A stretch of 64,000 nucleotides of DNA from a virus (lineage: Duplodnaviria; Caudoviricetes), in the IMG/VR virus record IMGVR_UViG_3300010270_000394, positions 1 to 64,000 of that record; one strand, 5' to 3'. Below are positions 62,148 through 64,000 of this stretch, piece after piece; the stretch's first letter is position 1, and every line of letters starts with the position of its first letter. The translations under genes and the position numbers were made by a program. The notes beneath the pieces were generated by a model. That model had not been told where the DNA came from. It saw only the letters and a list, made by a program, of their open reading frames with translations, and did no database searches.

Positions 62148-62369
62148 ATGGAAATAAAGCGGTGTCCATTTTGCGGTTCGGAAGATACACACTTGGATTT
62201 TTCCGGAACTGGAAACAAACCATACATCAATGAAAAAGGATTTGTAGTAAACACGCCGTTTACCTATATTGTGATGTGTTTGGACTGCGGTGTGAGGACA
62301 ATGGAGTTTTTAGAGCCGCAAATGGCGGTTAAGGCGTGGAACAGGAGAGCAGCGGCGGCAACTGCCTGA
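62148..62369 (+). CDS. Lar-like restriction alleviation protein
   Basis: KRCPFCG...CLDCG...AWNRR. Confidence 0.8.
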   Translation: MEIKRCPFCGSEDTHLDFSGTGNKPYINEKGFVVNTPFTYIVMCLDCGVRTMEFLEPQMAVKAWNRRAAAATA

Positions 62370-62743
62370 CGGCAGATTGCCTTGCTGTTGTGTCCTTGCC
62401 TACGGCAAGTCCACAAAGAAATTCAATTTTTTATTATTCGTGGTGAATTTTCAGAGGTTATAAGTCAAATTTGTTGCGTTTTTGAGATTGACAAAAGTTG
62501 CTAATTTTGAAAACAGGCTGAAAAGCTCTGACAGCAGGAGTTTTTGGCGGCATTCCCCTATGTACCAAAAGCCCATAATAAGATATATATTTATTATGGC
62601 AAAAAAGTACATAGGCAAAAACCCGCAAAGCCGCATGAATAAAGGGTTTGAGGCACATCGAGCCGGAGAGCAACTTTTGTTTCAAATTTCTTGAGCTGCA
62701 AAAAATGATACTTGGCGCATACATTCATGGAGGGTTTTGACAA

Positions 62744-63529
62744 ATGAAAAAACACGTTACTTTTCGGAGCGCGGAAGCAAGTGAGTTTTACCGTGAAATC
62801 AAGAACGTCGCGGAGAATCGTCCGATTTGGTCTGTATGGTCTGACTGGATCGAGGCTTCGGCGCTGGTGATCTCCATAGCGTCGGAATTCAGACTAAACG
62901 TTCGTGCGGCGAGAGTCAAGCGGTTTCAGGAATTGCTTGATTCGTATAAAGAGAACGAGCAGATTTCGTTTGACCGAATGTTCGATTTGATGGTTGAAGC
63001 ATTAGAACGTCAGCCGGAGCAGGATTTCCTTGGCACGATGTTTGAGACGCTTGGATTGAGCGATCATTGGAAAGGTCAGTTTTTCACGCCATACGATGTG
63101 TCCTATATGATGGCGACGATCAATTTGATGGATACGGATGTGGTTCTGGAACATCAGACATGGACGGATGTGTTCGATCCGTGTTCCGGCGCGGGAGTGC
63201 TACTGATCGCGTCGCGGAATTTTCTGCTGAAGAAGAAAATCGGATGTGACCGTATATTGTTTGTCGGGCAGGACATCGACAAGGTTGCAGGACTTATGGG
63301 ATATATTCAGATTTCACTTCTTGGCTGCGCCGGATATATTGCCATAGGAAATTCTCTTACTGATCCGTTGACATGGAACGGAACAAGTTTGATCCCAAAT
63401 GAGAATGAACACTATGAACTTTGGTTTACGCCGATGTACCGATCCCCTGTTTGGGAATATCGCCGTGCCAAAGAGTTGTTGAAATTAGAAGCGGCAAATA
63501 ACAACAAATACAAAGATAACGCAGATTAG
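62744..63529 (+). CDS. N6 DNA methylase-like protein
   Basis: DFLG, GQFFTPY, DPCSGAG, GQDID, GNSL. Confidence 0.8.
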   Translation: MKKHVTFRSAEASEFYREIKNVAENRPIWSVWSDWIEASALVISIASEFRLNVRAARVKRFQELLDSYKENEQISFDRMFDLMVEALERQPEQDFLGTMFETLGLSDHWKGQFFTPYDVSYMMATINLMDTDVVLEHQTWTDVFDPCSGAGVLLIASRNFLLKKKIGCDRILFVGQDIDKVAGLMGYIQISLLGCAGYIAIGNSLTDPLTWNGTSLIPNENEHYELWFTPMYRSPVWEYRRAKELLKLEAANNNKYKDNAD

Positions 63530-63544
63530 GAGTGGTTGTAAATC

Positions 63545-63880
63545 ATGAGCAATGTTTACATCGAGCTTGATAAGGCAGTTACGGAATGCAGGGAAATCGC
63601 GGATGAATACGGCAGTTCAAAGCGAATATCTGATAGGCAGACGTGCGCCGGAATCAATACGGCGATCAGAGTTCTTGAGAACATTCCTGCCGCAGATGTT
63701 GTTGAGGTGATCCGATGTAGAGACTGCAAATTCAGCCGTGAGGACGGCGGTTACGAATATAACGGACAAGCGGAAACACATCTGAATTGCGTCCATTGGT
63801 TGAGACAAAATCATGGAACTGCCGTTGTGAGAAAAGACGGTTTCTGTTCCGAGGCAAAAAGGAAGGGCGACAATGGCTGA
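63545..63880 (+). CDS. Phage hypothetical protein
   Basis: IPAADVVEVIRCRDCK...DGFCS. Confidence 0.7.
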   Translation: MSNVYIELDKAVTECREIADEYGSSKRISDRQTCAGINTAIRVLENIPAADVVEVIRCRDCKFSREDGGYEYNGQAETHLNCVHWLRQNHGTAVVRKDGFCSEAKRKGDNG

Positions 63881-64000
63881 TGGATATATTTTGAAATCGG
63901 ACGTAAGGCGAGAATTAAGGCTGCGGAGGTATTTTGAAACGGCTGATCTCTTAACGGCGACGGCAGTTATTGATTATCTCCCTGACGCGGATGTGCGTGA

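Overview
This 64 kb window is the replication, DNA-modification and early-gene arm of a large temperate phage or prophage of a Firmicute (Clostridia-like) host, with SPbeta-like organisation. There are no structural genes and almost everything is on the minus strand. In order: excisionase; nucleotide metabolism (dut, nrdG/nrdD/nrdH, nucleotidase, dNMP kinase, thyX); ligA; DnaE, exonuclease, primase, helicase, Sak4-like ATPase and an SSB candidate; a DNA-modification cluster (two PAPS-reductase-family genes, two C5 methyltransferase loci, two adenine methyltransferases); Pnk/RNA ligase; a probable DGR target gene; a coiled-coil protein followed by a ~395 nt structured RNA; a lysogeny block (MrpR-like protein, MazF, XRE plus ImmA); glyA; four tRNA-like genes; Thg1; a CCA enzyme; about 35 small early ORFs; and a strand switch near 60.9 kb to a tyrosine recombinase operon. 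Main observations: (1) every G/C run of 6 or more that I found is a variant of T-G(6-8)-CAA, all eight lie in these modification-associated genes, and five genes are frameshifted there by exactly one G; (2) a split, permuted C5 methyltransferase whose target-recognition segment appears to be selected by one of these tracts; (3) a large ornate ncRNA with a heptamer repeat array; (4) a ~16 bp motif repeated about 20 times, including inside perfect sigma-A promoter spacers. All family calls come from motif recognition by eye, not database searches.
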